64,000 bases of DNA from contig CAXKVF010000085.1 in NCBI GenBank assembly GCA_964057225.1, positions 62,001 through 126,000 of the forward strand, written 5' to 3'. The notes beneath the pieces were generated by a model that saw only the letters and a list, made by a program, of their open reading frames with translations, was not told the DNA's origin and did not search any database. Source of the stretch: Auanema rhodensis (lineage: Eukaryota > Animalia > Nematoda). Made by a program: the position numbers and the translations under genes. Shown here piece after piece: positions 15,001 to 30,000 of the stretch. The first letter of the stretch is position 1; every line of letters starts with the position of its first letter.

Positions 15001-18000
15001 GTCTAAAAACAAATTTTTATTGATATTGGTTCATGGTAACCATGACTTTGAAATTTACGTGAACTTTAATTTATGCTAATTAAATGTACACGTGATGTGC
15101 ACTTGGTATGTAACTCGCTTCACGTGAAAGATAAAGAGATGCGGTTTTCAAAATTAGATTCCCCATGTCCATATTAGTCTAAAAACAAATTTTTATTGAT
15201 ATTGGTTCATGGTAACCATGACTTTGAAATTTACGTGAACTTTAATTTATGCTAATTAAATGTACACGTGATGTGCAGTTGGTATGTAACTCGCTTCACG
15301 TGAAAGATAAAGAGATGCGGTTTTCAAAATTAGATTCCCCATGTCCATATTAGTCTAAAAACAAATCTTTATTGATATTGGTGCATGGTAACTATGACTT
15401 TGAAATTTACGTGAACTTTAATTTATGCTAATTAAATGTACACGTGATGTGCACTTGGTATGTAACTCGCTTCACGTGAAAGATAAAGAGATGCGGTTTT
15501 CAAAATTAGATTCCCCATGTCCATATTAGTTTAAAAACAAATTTTTATTGATATTGGTGCATGGTAACCATGACTTTGAAATTTACGTGAACTTTAATTT
15601 ATGCTAATTAAATGTACACGTGATGTGCACTTGGTATGTAACTCGCTTCACGTGAAAGATAAAGAGATGCGGTTTTCAAAATTAGATTCCCCATGTCCAT
15701 ATTAGTCTAAAAACAAATTTTTATTGATATTGGTTCATGGTAACCATGACTTTGAAATTTACGTGAACTTTAATTTATGCTAATTAAATGTACACGTGAT
15801 GTGCACTTGGTATGTAACTCGCTTCACGTGAAAGATAAAGAGATGCGGTTTTCAAAATTAGATTCCCCATGTCCATATTAGTCTAAAAACAAATTTTTAT
15901 TGATATTGGTGCATGGTAACCATGACTTTGAAATTTACGTGAACTTTAATTTATGCTAATTAAATGTACACGTGATGTGCACTTGGTATGTAACTCGCTT
16001 CACGTGAAAGATGAAGAGATGCGGTTTTCAAAATTAGATTCCCCATGTCCATATTAGTCTAAAAACAAATTTTTATTGATATTGGTGCATGGTAACCATG
16101 ACTTTGAAATTTACGTGAACTTTAATTTATGCTAATTAAATGTACACGTGATGTGCACTTGGTATGTAACTCGCTTCACGTGAAAGATAAGGAGATGCGG
16201 TTTTCAAAATTAGATTCCCCATGTCCATATTAGTCTAAAAACAAATTTTTATTGATATTGGTGCATGGTAACCATGACTTTGAAATTTACGTGAACTTTA
16301 ATTTATGCTAATTAAATGTACACGTGATGTGCACTTGGTATGTAACTCGCTTCACGTGAAAGATAAAGAGATGCGGTTTTCAAAATTAGATTCCCCATGT
16401 CCATATTAGTCTAAAAACAAATTTTTATTGATATTGGTTCATGGTAACCATGACTTTGAAATTTACGTGAACTTTAATTTATGCTAATTAAATGTACACG
16501 TGATGTGCACTTGGTATGTAACTCGCTTCACGTGAAAGATAAAGAGATGCGGTTTTCAAAATTAGATTCCCCATGTCCATATTAGTCTAAAAACAATTTT
16601 TTATTGATATTGGTGCATGGTAACCATGACTTTGAAATTTACGTGAACTTTAATTTATGCTAATTAAATGTACACGTGATGTGCACTTGGTATGTAACTC
16701 GCTTCACGTGAAAGATAAAGAGATGCGGTTTTCAAAATTAGATTCCCCATGTCCATATTAGTCTAAAAACAAATTTTTATTGATATTGGTTCATGGTAAC
16801 CATGACTTTGAAATTTACGTGAACTTTAATTTATGCTAATTAAATGTACACGTGATGTGCACTTGGTATGTAACTCGCTTCACGTGAAAGATAAAGAGAT
16901 GCGGTTTTCAAAATTAGATTCCCCATGTCCATATTAGTCTAAAAACAAATTTTTATTGATATTGGTTCATGGTAACCATGACTTTGAAATTTACGTGAAC
17001 TTTAATTTATGCTAATTAAATGTACACGTGATGTGCAGTTGGTATGTAACTCGCTTCACGTGAAAGATAAAGAGATGCGGTTTTCAAAATTAGATTCCCC
17101 ATGTCCATATTAGTCTAAAAACAAATCTTTATTGATATTGGTGCATGGTAACTATGACTTTGAAATTTACGTGAACTTTAATTTATGCTAATTAAATGTA
17201 CACGTGATGTGCACTTGGTATGTAACTCGCTTCACGTGAAAGATAAAGAGATGCGGTTTTCAAAATTAGATTCCCCATGTCCATATTAGTTTAAAAACAA
17301 ATTTTTATTGATATTGGTGCATGGTAACCATGACTTTGAAATTTACGTGAACTTTAATTTATGCTAATTAAATGTACACGTGATGTGCACTTGGTATGTA
17401 ACTCGCTTCACGTGAAAGATAAAGAGATGCGGTTTTCAAAATTAGATTCCCCATGTCCATATTAGTCTAAAAACAAATTTTTATTGATATTGGTTCATGG
17501 TAACCATGACTTTGAAATTTACGTGAACTTTAATTTATGCTAATTAAATGTACACGTGATGTGCACTTGGTATGTAACTCGCTTCACGTGAAAGATAAAG
17601 AGATGCGGTTTTCAAAATTAGATTCCCCATGTCCATATTAGTCTAAAAACAAATTTTTATTGATATTGGTGCATGGTAACCATGACTTTGAAAGTTACGT
17701 GAACTTTAATTTATGCTAATTAAATGTACACGTGATGTGCACTTGGTATGTAACTCGCTTCACGTGAAAGATAAAGAGATGCGGTTTTCAAAATTAGATT
17801 CCCCATGTCCATATTAGTCTAAAAACAAATTTTTATTGATATTGGTTCATGGTAACCATGACTTTGAAATTTACGTGAACTTTAATTTATGCTAATTAAA
17901 TGTACACGTGATGTGCACTTGGTATGTAACTCGCTTCACGTGAAAGATAAAGAGATGCGGTTTTCAAAATTAGATTCCCCATGTCCATATTAGTCTAAAA

Positions 18001-21000
18001 ACAAATTTTTATTGATATTGCTTCATGGTAACCATGACTTTGAAATTTAAGTGAACTTTAATTTATGCTAATTAAATGTACACGTGATGTGCACTTGGTA
18101 TGTAACTCGCTTCACGTGAAAGATAAAGAGATGCGGTTTTCAAAATTAGATTCCCCATGTCCATATTAGTCTAAAAACAAATTTTTATTGATATTGGTTC
18201 ATGGTAACCATGACTTTGAAATTTACGTGAACTTTAATTTATGCTAATTAAATGTACACGTGATGTGCACTTGGTATGTAACTCGCTTCACGTGAAAGAT
18301 AAAGAGATGCGGTTTTCAAAATTAGATTCCCCATGTCCATATTAGTCTAAAAACAAATTTTTATTGATATTGGTTCATGGTAACCATGACTTTGAAATTT
18401 ACGTGAACTTTAATTTATGCTAATTAAATGTACACGTGATGTGCACTTGGTATGTAACTCGCTTCACGTGAAAGATAAAGAGATGCGGTTTTCAAAATTA
18501 GATTCCCCATGTCCATATTAGTCTAAAAACAAATTTTTATTGATATTGGTGCATGGTAACCATGACTTTGAAATTTACGTGAACTTTAATTTATGCTAAT
18601 TAAATGTACACGTGATGTGCACTTGGTATGTAACTCGCTTCACGTGAAAGATAAAGAGATGGGGTTTTCAAAATTAGATTCCCCATGTCCATATTAGTCT
18701 AAAAACAAATTTTTATTGATATTGGTTCATGGTAACCATGACTTTGAAATTTACGTGAACTTTAATTTATGCTAATTAAATGTACACGTGATGTGCACTT
18801 GGTATGTAACTCGCTTCACGTGAAAGATAAAGAGATGCGGTTTTCAAAATTAGATTCCCCATGTCCATATTAGTCTAAAAACAATTTTTTATTGATATTG
18901 GTTCATGGTAACCATGACTTTGAAATTTACGTGAACTTTAATTTATGCTAATTAAATGTACACGTGATGTGCACTTGGTATGTAACTCGCTTCACGTGAA
19001 AGATAAAGAGATGCGGTTTTCAAAATTAGATTCCCCATGTCCATATTAGTCTAAAAACAAATTTTTATTGATATTGGTGCATGGTAACCATGACTTTGAA
19101 ATTTACGTGAACTTTAATTTATGCTAATTAAATGTACACGTGATGTGCACTTGGTATGTAACTCGCTTCACGTGAAAGATAAAGAGATGCGGTTTTCAAA
19201 ATTAGATTCCCCATGTCCATATTAGTCTAAAAACAAATTTTTATTGATATTGGTGCATGGTAACCATGACTTTGAAATTTACGTGAACTTTAATTTATGC
19301 TAATTAAATGTACACGTGATGTGCACTTGGTATGTAACTCGCTTCACGTGAAAGATAACGAGATGCGGTTTTCAAAATTAGATTCCCCATGTCCATATTA
19401 GTCTAAAAACAAATTTTTATTGATATTGGTTCATGGTAACCATGACTTTGAAATTTACGTGAACTTTAATTTATGCTAATTAAATGTACACGTGATGTGC
19501 ACTTGGTATGTAACTCGCTTCACGTGAAAGATAAAGAGATGCGGTTTTCAAAATTAGATTCCCCATGTCCATATTAGTCTAAAAACAAATTTTTATTGAT
19601 ATTGGTTCATGGTAACCATGACTTTGAAATTTACGTGAACTTTAATTTATGCTAATTAAATGTACACGTGATGTGCAGTTGGTATGTAACTCGCTTCACG
19701 TGAAAGATAAAGAGATGCGGTTTTCAAAATTAGATTCCCCATGTCCATATTAGTCTAAAAACAAATCTTTATTGATATTGGTGCATGGTAACTATGACTT
19801 TGAAATTTACGTGAACTTTAATTTATGCTAATTAAATGTACACGTGATGTGCACTTGGTATGTAACTCGCTTCACGTGAAAGATAAAGAGATGCGAATTT
19901 CAAAATTAGATTCCCCATGTCCATATTAGTTTAAAAACAAATTTTTATTGATATTGGTGCATGGTAACCATGACTTTGAAATTTACGTGAACTTTAATTT
20001 ATGCTAATTAAATGTACACGTGATGTGCACTTGGTATGTAACTCGCTTCACGTGAAAGATAAGGAGATGCGGTTTTCAAAATTAGATTCCCCATGTCCAT
20101 ATTAGTCTAAAAACAAATTTTTATTGATATTGGTGCATGGTAACCATGACTTTGAAATTTACGTGAACTTTAATTTATGCTAATTAAATGTACACGTGAT
20201 GTGCACTTGGTATGTAACTCGCTTCACGTGAAAGATAAAGAGATGCGGTTTTCAAAATTAGATTCCCCATGTCCATATTAGTCTAAAAACAAATTTTTAT
20301 TGATATTGGTTCATGGTAACCATGACTTTGAAATTTACGTGAACTTTAATTTATGCTAATTAAATGTACACGTGATGTGCACTTGGTATGTAACTCGCTT
20401 CACGTGAAAGATAAAGAGATGCGGTTTTCAAAATTAGATTCCCCATGTCCATATTAGTCTAAAAACAATTTCTTATTGATATTGGTTCATGGTAACCATG
20501 ACTTTGAAATTTACGTGAACTTTAATTTATGCTAATTAAATGTACACGTGATGTGCACTTGGTATGTAACTCGCTTCACGTGAAAGATAAAGAGATGCGG
20601 TTTTCAAAATTAGATTCCCCATGTCCATATTAGTCTAAAAACAAATTTTTATTGATATTGGTGCATGGTAACCATGACTTTGAAATTTACGTGAACTTTA
20701 ATTTATGCTAATTAAATGTACACGTGATGTGCACTTGGTATGTAACTCGCTTCACGTGAAAGATAACGAGATGCGGTTTTCAAAATTAGATTCCCCATGT
20801 CCATATTAGTCTAAAAACAAATTTTTATTGATATTGGTTCATGGTAACCATGACTTTGAAATTTACGTGAACTTTAATTTATGCTAATTAAATGTACACG
20901 TGATGTGCACTTGGTATGTAACTCGCTTCACGTGAAAGATAAAGAGATGCGGTTTTCAAAATTAGATTCCCCATGTCCATATTAGTCTAAAAACAAATTT

Positions 21001-24000
21001 TTATTGATATTGGTTCATGGTAACCATGACTTTGAAATTTACGTGAACTTTAATTTATGCTAATTAAATGTACACGTGATGTGCAGTTGGTATGTAACTC
21101 GCTTCACGTGAAAGATAAAGAGATGCGGTTTTCAAAATTAGATTCCCCATGTCCATATTAGTCTAAAAACAAATCTTTATTGATATTGGTGCATGGTAAC
21201 TATGACTTTGAAATTTACGTGAACTTTAATTTATGCTAATTAAATGTACACGTGATGTGCACTTGGTATGTAACTCGCTTCACGTGAAAGATAAAGAGAT
21301 GCGGTTTTCAAAATTAGATTCCCCATGTCCATATTAGTTTAAAAACAAATTTTTATTGATATTGGTGCATGGTAACCATGACTTTGAAATTTACGTGAAC
21401 TTTAATTTATGCTAATTAAATGTACACGTGATGTGCACTTGGTATGTAACTCGCTTCACGTGAAAGATAAAGAGATGCGGTTTTCAAAATTAGATTCCCC
21501 ATGTCCATATTAGTCTAAAAACAAATTTTTATTGATATTGGTTCATGGTAACCATGACTTTGAAATTTACGTGAACTTTAATTTATGCTAATTAAATGTA
21601 CACGTGATGTGCACTTGGTATGTAACTCGCTTCACGTGAAAGATAAAGAGATGCGGTTTTCAAAATTAGATTCCCCATGTCCATATTAGTCTAAAAACAA
21701 ATTTTTATTGATATTGGTTCATGGTAACCATGACTTTGAAATTTACGTGAACTTTAATTTATGCTAATTAAATGTACACGTGATGTGCACTTGGTATGTA
21801 ACTCGCTTCACGTGAAAGATAAAGAGATGCGGTTTTCAAAATTAGATTCCCCATGTCCATATTAGTCTAAAAACAAATTTTTATTGATATTGGTGCATGG
21901 TAACCATGACTTTGAAATTTACGTGAACTTTAATTTATGCTAATTAAATGTACACGTGATGTGCACTTGGTATGTAACTCGCTTCACGTGAAAGATGAAG
22001 AGATGCGGTTTTCAAAATTAGATTCCCCATGTCCATATTAGTCTAAAAACAAATTTTTATTGATATTGGTGCATGGTAACCATGACTTTGAAATTTACGT
22101 GAACTTTAATTTATGCTAATTAAATGTACACGTGATGTGCACTTGGTATGTAACTCGCTTCACGTGAAAGATAAAGAGATGCGGTTTTCAAAATTAGATT
22201 CCCCATGTCCATATTAGTCTAAAAACAAATTTTTATTGATATTGGTTCATGGTAACCATGACATTGAAATTTACGTGAACTTTAATTTATGCTAATTAAA
22301 TGTACACGTGATGTGCACTTGGTATGTAACTCGCTTCACGTGAAAGATAAAGAGATGCGGTTTTCAAAATTAGATCCCCCATGTCCATATTAGTCTAAAA
22401 ACAAATTTTTATTGATATTGGTGCATGGTAACCATGACTTTGAAATTTACGTGAACTTTAATTTATGCTAATTAAATGTACACGTGATGTGCACTTGGTA
22501 TGTAACTCGCTTCACGTGAAAGATAAAGAGATGCGGTTTTCAAAATTAGATCCCCCATGTCCATATTAGTCTAAAAACAAATTTTTATTGATATTGGTGC
22601 ATGGTAACCATGACTTTGAAATTTACGTGAACTTTAATTTATGCTAATTAAATGTACACGTGATGTGCACTTGGTATGTAACTCGCTTCACGTGAAAGAT
22701 AAAGAGATGCGGTTTTCAAAATTAGATTCCCCATGTCCATATTAGTCTAAAAACAAATTTTTATTGATATTGCTTCATGGTAACCATGACTTTGAAATTT
22801 ACGTGAACTTTAATTTATGCTAATTAAATGTACACGTGATGTGCACTTGGTATGTAACTCGCTTCACGTGAAAGATAAAGAGATGCGGTTTTCAAAATTA
22901 GATTCCCCATGTCCATATTAGTCTAAAAACAAATTTTTATTGATATTGGTGCATGGTAACCATGACTTTGAAATTTACGTGAACTTTAATTTATGCTAAT
23001 TAAATGTACACGTGATGTGCACTTGGTATGTAACTCGCTTCACGTGAAAGATAAAGAGATGCGGTTTTCAAAATTAGATTCCCCATGTCCATATTAGTCT
23101 AAAAACAAATTTTTATTGATATTGGTGCATGGTAACCATGACTTTGAAATTTACGTGAACTTTAATTTATGCTAATTAAATGTACACGTGATGTGCACTT
23201 GGTATGTAACTCGCTTCACGTGAAAGATAACGAGATGCGGTTTTCAAAATTAGATTCCCCATGTCCATATTAGTCTAAAAACAAATTTTTATTGTTATTG
23301 GTTCATGGTAACCATGACTTTGAAATTTACGTGAACTTTAATTTATGCTAATTAAATGTACACGTGATGTGCACTTGGTATGTAACTCGCTTCACGTGAA
23401 AGATAAAGAGATGCGGTTTTCAAAATTAGATTCCCCATGTCCATATTAGTCTAAAAACAAATTTTTATTGATATTGGTTCATGGTAACCATGACTTTGAA
23501 ATTTACGTGAACTTTAATTTATGCTAATTAAATGTACACGTGATGTGCAGTTGGTATGTAACTCGCTTCACGTGAAAGATAAAGAGATGCGGTTTTCAAA
23601 ATTAGATTCCCCATGTCCATATTAGTCTAAAAACAAATCTTTATTGATATTGGTGCATGGTAACTATGACTTTGAAATTTACGTGAACTTTAATTTATGC
23701 TAATTAAATGTACACGTGATGTGCACTTGGTATGTAACTCGCTTCACGTGAAAGATAAAGAGATGCGGTTTTCAAAATTAGATTCCCCATGTCCATATTA
23801 GTCTAAAAACAAATTTTTATTGATATTGGTTCATGGTAACCATGACTTTGAAATTTACGTGAACTTTAATTTATGCTAATTAAATGTACACGTGATGTGC
23901 ACTTGGTATGTAACTCGCTTCACGTGAAAGATAAAGAGATGCGGTTTTCAAAATTAGATTCCCCATGTCCATATTAGTCTAAAAACAAATTTTTATTGAT

Positions 24001-27000
24001 ATTGGTGCATGGTAACCATGACTTTGAAATTTACGTGAACTTTAATTTATGCTAATTAAATGTACACGTGATGTGCACTTGGTATGTAACTCGCTTCACG
24101 TGAAAGATGAAGAGATGCGGTTTTCAAAATTAGATTCCCCATGTCCATATTAGTCTAAAAACAAATTTTTATTGATATTGGTGCATGGTAACCATGACTT
24201 TGAAATTTACGTGAACTTTAATTTATGCTAATTAAATGTACACGTGATGTGCACTTGGTATGTAACTCGCTTCACGTGAAAGATAAAGAGATGCGGTTTT
24301 CAAAATTAGATTCCCCATGTCCATATTAGTCTAAAAACAAATTTTTATTGATATTGGTTCATGGTAACCATGACATTGAAATTTACGTGAACTTTAATTT
24401 ATGCTAATTAAATGTACACGTGATGTGCACTTGGTATGTAACTCGCTTCACGTGAAAGATAAAGAGATGCGGTTTTCAAAATTAGATCCCCCATGTCCAT
24501 ATTAGTCTAAAAACAAATTTTTATTGATATTGGTGCATGGTAACCATGACTTTGAAATTTACGTGAACTTTAATTTATGCTAATTAAATGTACACGTGAT
24601 GTGCACTTGGTATGTAACTCGCTTCACGTGAAAGATAAAGAGATGCGGTTTTCAAAATTAGATCCCCCATGTCCATATTAGTCTAAAAACAAATTTTTAT
24701 TGATATTGGTGCATGGTAACCATGACTTTGAAATTTACGTGAACTTTAATTTATGCTAATTAAATGTACACGTGATGTGCACTTGGTATGTAACTCGCTT
24801 CACGTGAAAGATAAAGAGATGCGGTTTTCAAAATTAGATTCCCCATGTCCATATTAGTCTAAAAACAAATTTTTATTGATATTGCTTCATGGTAACCATG
24901 ACTTTGAAATTTACGTGAACTTTAATTTATGCTAATTAAATGTACACGTGATGTGCACTTGGTATGTAACTCGCTTCACGTGAAAGATAAAGAGATGCGG
25001 TTTTCAAAATTAGATTCCCCATGTCCATATTAGTCTAAAAACAAATTTTTATTGATATTGGTGCATGGTAACCATGACTTTGAAATTTACGTGAACTTTA
25101 ATTTATGCTAATTAAATGTACACGTGATGTGCACTTGGTATGTAACTCGCTTCACGTGAAAGATAAAGAGATGCGGTTTTCAAAATTAGATTCCCCATGT
25201 CCATATTAGTCTAAAAACAAATTTTTATTGATATTGGTGCATGGTAACCATGACTTTGAAATTTACGTGAACTTTAATTTATGCTAATTAAATGTACACG
25301 TGATGTGCACTTGGTATGTAACTCGCTTCACGTGAAAGATAACGAGATGCGGTTTTCAAAATTAGATTCCCCATGTCCATATTAGTCTAAAAACAAATTT
25401 TTATTGTTATTGGTTCATGGTAACCATGACTTTGAAATTTACGTGAACTTTAATTTATGCTAATTAAATGTACACGTGATGTGCACTTGGTATGTAACTC
25501 GCTTCACGTGAAAGATAAAGAGATGCGGTTTTCAAAATTAGATTCCCCATGTCCATATTAGTCTAAAAACAAATTTTTATTGATATTGGTTCATGGTAAC
25601 CATGACTTTGAAATTTACGTGAACTTTAATTTATGCTAATTAAATGTACACGTGATGTGCAGTTGGTATGTAACTCGCTTCACGTGAAAGATAAAGAGAT
25701 GCGGTTTTCAAAATTAGATTCCCCATGTCCATATTAGTCTAAAAACAAATCTTTATTGATATTGGTGCATGGTAACTATGACTTTGAAATTTACGTGAAC
25801 TTTAATTTATGCTAATTAAATGTACACGTGATGTGCACTTGGTATGTAACTCGCTTCACGTGAAAGATAAAGAGATGCGGTTTTCAAAATTAGATTCCCC
25901 ATGTCCATATTAGTTTAAAAACAAATTTTTATTGATATTGGTGCATGGTAACCATGACTTTGAAATTTACGTGAACTTTAATTTATGCTAATTAAATGTA
26001 CACGTGATGTGCACTTGGTATGTAACTCGCTTCACGTGAAAGATAAAGAGATGCGGTTTTCAAAATTAGATTCCCCATGTCCATATTAGTCTAAAAACAA
26101 ATTTTTATTGATATTGGTTCATGGTAACCATGACTTTGAAATTTACGTGAACTTTAATTTATGCTAATTAAATGTACACGTGATGTGCACTTGGTATGTA
26201 ACTCGCTTCACGTGAAAGATAAAGAGATGCGGTTTTCAAAATTAGATTCCCCATGTCCATATTAGTCTAAAAACAAATTTTTATTGATATTGGTGCATGG
26301 TAACCATGACTTTGAAATTTACGTGAACTTTAATTTATGCTAATTAAATGTACACGTGATGTGCACTTGGTATGTAACTCGCTTCACGTGAAAGATGAAG
26401 AGATGCGGTTTTCAAAATTAGATTCCCCATGTCCATATTAGTCTAAAAACAAATTTTTATTGATATTGGTGCATGGTAACCATGACTTTGAAATTTACGT
26501 GAACTTTAATTTATGCTAATTAAATGTACACGTGATGTGCACTTGGTATGTAACTCGCTTCACGTGAAAGATAAGGAGATGCGGTTTTCAAAATTAGATT
26601 CCCCATGTCCATATTAGTCTAAAAACAAATTTTTATTGATATTGGTGCATGGTAACCATGACTTTGAAATTTACGTGAACTTTAATTTATGCTAATTAAA
26701 TGTACACGTGATGTGCACTTGGTATGTAACTCGCTTCACGTGAAAGATAAAGAGATGCGATTTTCAAAATTAGATTCCCCATGTCCATATTAGTCTAAAA
26801 ACAAATTTTTATTGATATTGGTTCATGGTAACCATGACTTTGAAATTTACGTGAACTTTAATTTATGCTAATTAAATGTACACGTGATGTGCACTTGGTA
26901 TGTAACTCGCTTCACGTGAAAGATAAAGAGATGCGGTTTTCAAAATTAGATTCCCCATGTCCATATTAGTCTAAAAACAATTTCTTATTGATATTGGTTC

Positions 27001-30000
27001 ATGGTAACCATGACTTTGAAATTTACGTGAACTTTAATTTATGCTAATTAAATGTACACGTGATGTGCACTTGGTATGTAACTCGCTTTACGTGAAAGAT
27101 AAAGAGATGCGGTTTTCAAAATTAGATTCCCCATGTCCATATTAGTCTAAAAACAAATTTTTATTGATATTGGTGCATGGTAACCATGACTTTGAAATTT
27201 ACGTGAACTTTAATTTATGCTAATTAAATGTACACGTGATGTGCACTTGGTATGTAACTCGCTTCACGTGAAAGATAAAGAGATGCGGTTTTCAAAATTA
27301 GATTCCCCATGTCCATATTAGTCTAAAAACAAATTTTTATTGATATTGGTGCATGGTAACCATGACTTTGAAATTTACGTGAACTTTAATTTATGCTAAT
27401 TAAATGTACACGTGATGTGCACTTGGTATGTAACTCGCTTCACGTGAAAGATAACGAGATGCGGTTTTCAAAATTAGATTCCCCATGTCCATATTAGTCT
27501 AAAAACAAATTTTTATTGATATTGGTTCATGGTAACCATGACTTTGAAATTTACGTGAACTTTAATTTATGCTAATTAAATGTACACGTGATGTGCACTT
27601 GGTATGTAACTCGCTTCACGTGAAAGATAAAGAGATGCGGTTTTCAAAATTAGATTCCCCATGTCCATATTAGTCTAAAAACAAATTTTTATTGATATTG
27701 GTTCATGGTAACCATGACTTTGAAATTTACGTGAACTTTAATTTATGCTAATTAAATGTACACGTGATGTGCAGTTGGTATGTAACTCGCTTCACGTGAA
27801 AGATAAAGAGATGCGGTTTTCAAAATTAGATTCCCCATGTCCATATTAGTCTAAAAACAAATCTTTATTGATATTGGTGCATGGTAACTATGACTTTGAA
27901 ATTTACGTGAACTTTAATTTATGCTAATTAAATGTACACGTGATGTGCACTTGGTATGTAACTCGCTTCACGTGAAAGATAAAGAGATGCGGTTTTCAAA
28001 ATTAGATTCCCCATGTCCATATTAGTTTAAAAACAAATTTTTATTGATATTGGTGCATGGTAACCATGACTTTGAAATTTACGTGAACTTTAATTTATGC
28101 TAATTAAATGTACACGTGATGTGCACTTGGTATGTAACTCGCTTCACGTGAAAGATAAAGAGATGCGGTTTTCAAAATTAGATTCCCCATGTCCATATTA
28201 GTCTAAAAACAAATTTTTATTGATATTGGTTCATGGTAACCATGACTTTGAAATTTACGTGAACTTTAATTTATGCTAATTAAATGTACACGTGATGTGC
28301 ACTTGGTATGTAACTCGCTTCACGTGAAAGATAAAGAGATGCGGTTTTCAAAATTAGATTCCCCATGTCCATATTAGTCTAAAAACAAATTTTTATTGAT
28401 ATTGGTGCATGGTAACCATGACTTTGAAAGTTACGTGAACTTTAATTTATGCTAATTAAATGTACACGTGATGTGCACTTGGTATGTAACTCGCTTCACG
28501 TGAAAGATAAAGAGATGCGGTTTTCAAAATTAGATTCCCCATGTCCATATTAGTCTAAAAACAAATTTTTATTGATATTGGTTCATGGTAACCATGACTT
28601 TGAAATTTACGTGAACTTTAATTTATGCTAATTAAATGTACACGTGATGTGCACTTGGTATGTAACTCGCTTCACGTGAAAGATAAAGAGATGCGGTTTT
28701 CAAAATTAGATTCCCCATGTCCATATTAGTCTAAAAACAAATTTTTATTGATATTGGTGCATGGTAACCATGACTTTGAAATTTACGTGAACTTTAATTT
28801 ATGCTAATTAAATGTACACGTGATGTGCACTTGGTATGTAACTCGCTTCACGTGAAAGATGAAGAGATGCGGTTTTCAAAATTAGATTCCCCATGTCCAT
28901 ATTAGTCTAAAAACAAATTTTTATTGATATTGGTGCATGGTAACCATGACTTTGAAATTTACGTGAACTTTAATTTATGCTAATTAAATGTACACGTGAT
29001 GTGCACTTGGTATGTAACTCGCTTCACGTGAAAGATAAAGAGATGCGGTTTTCAAAATTAGATTCCCCATGTCCATATTAGTCTAAAAACAAATTTTTAT
29101 TGATATTGGTTCATGGTAACCATGACATTGAAATTTACGTGAACTTTAATTTATGCTAATTAAATGTACACGTGATGTGCACTTGGTATGTAACTCGCTT
29201 CACGTGAAAGATAAAGAGATGCGGTTTTCAAAATTAGATCCCCCATGTCCATATTAGTCTAAAAACAAATTTTTATTGATATTGGTGCATGGTAACCATG
29301 ACTTTGAAATTTACGTGAACTTTAATTTATGCTAATTAAATGTACACGTGATGTGCACTTGGTATGTAACTCGCTTCACGTGAAAGATAAAGAGATGCGG
29401 TTTTCAAAATTAGATCCCCCATGTCCATATTAGTCTAAAAACAAATTTTTATTGATATTGGTGCATGGTAACCATGACTTTGAAATTTACGTGAACTTTA
29501 ATTTATGCTAATTAAATGTACACGTGATGTGCACTTGGTATGTAACTCGCTTCACGTGAAAGATAAAGAGATGCGGTTTTCAAAATTAGATTCCCCATGT
29601 CCATATTAGTCTAAAAACAAATTTTTATTGATATTGCTTCATGGTAACCATGACTTTGAAATTTACGTGAACTTTAATTTATGCTAATTAAATGTACACG
29701 TGATGTGCACTTGGTATGTAACTCGCTTCTCGTGAAAGATAAAGAGATGCGGTTTTCAAAATTAGATTTCCCATGTCCATATTAGTCTAAAAACAAATTT
29801 TTATTGATATTGGTTCATGGTAACCATGACTTTGAAATTTACGTGAACTTTAATTTATGCTAATTAAATGTACACGTGATGTGCACTTGGTATGTAACTC
29901 GCTTCACGTGAAAGATAAAGAGATGCGGTTTTCAAAATTAGATTCCCCATGTCCATATTAGTCTAAAAGAAATTTTTATTGATATTGCTTCATGGTAACC

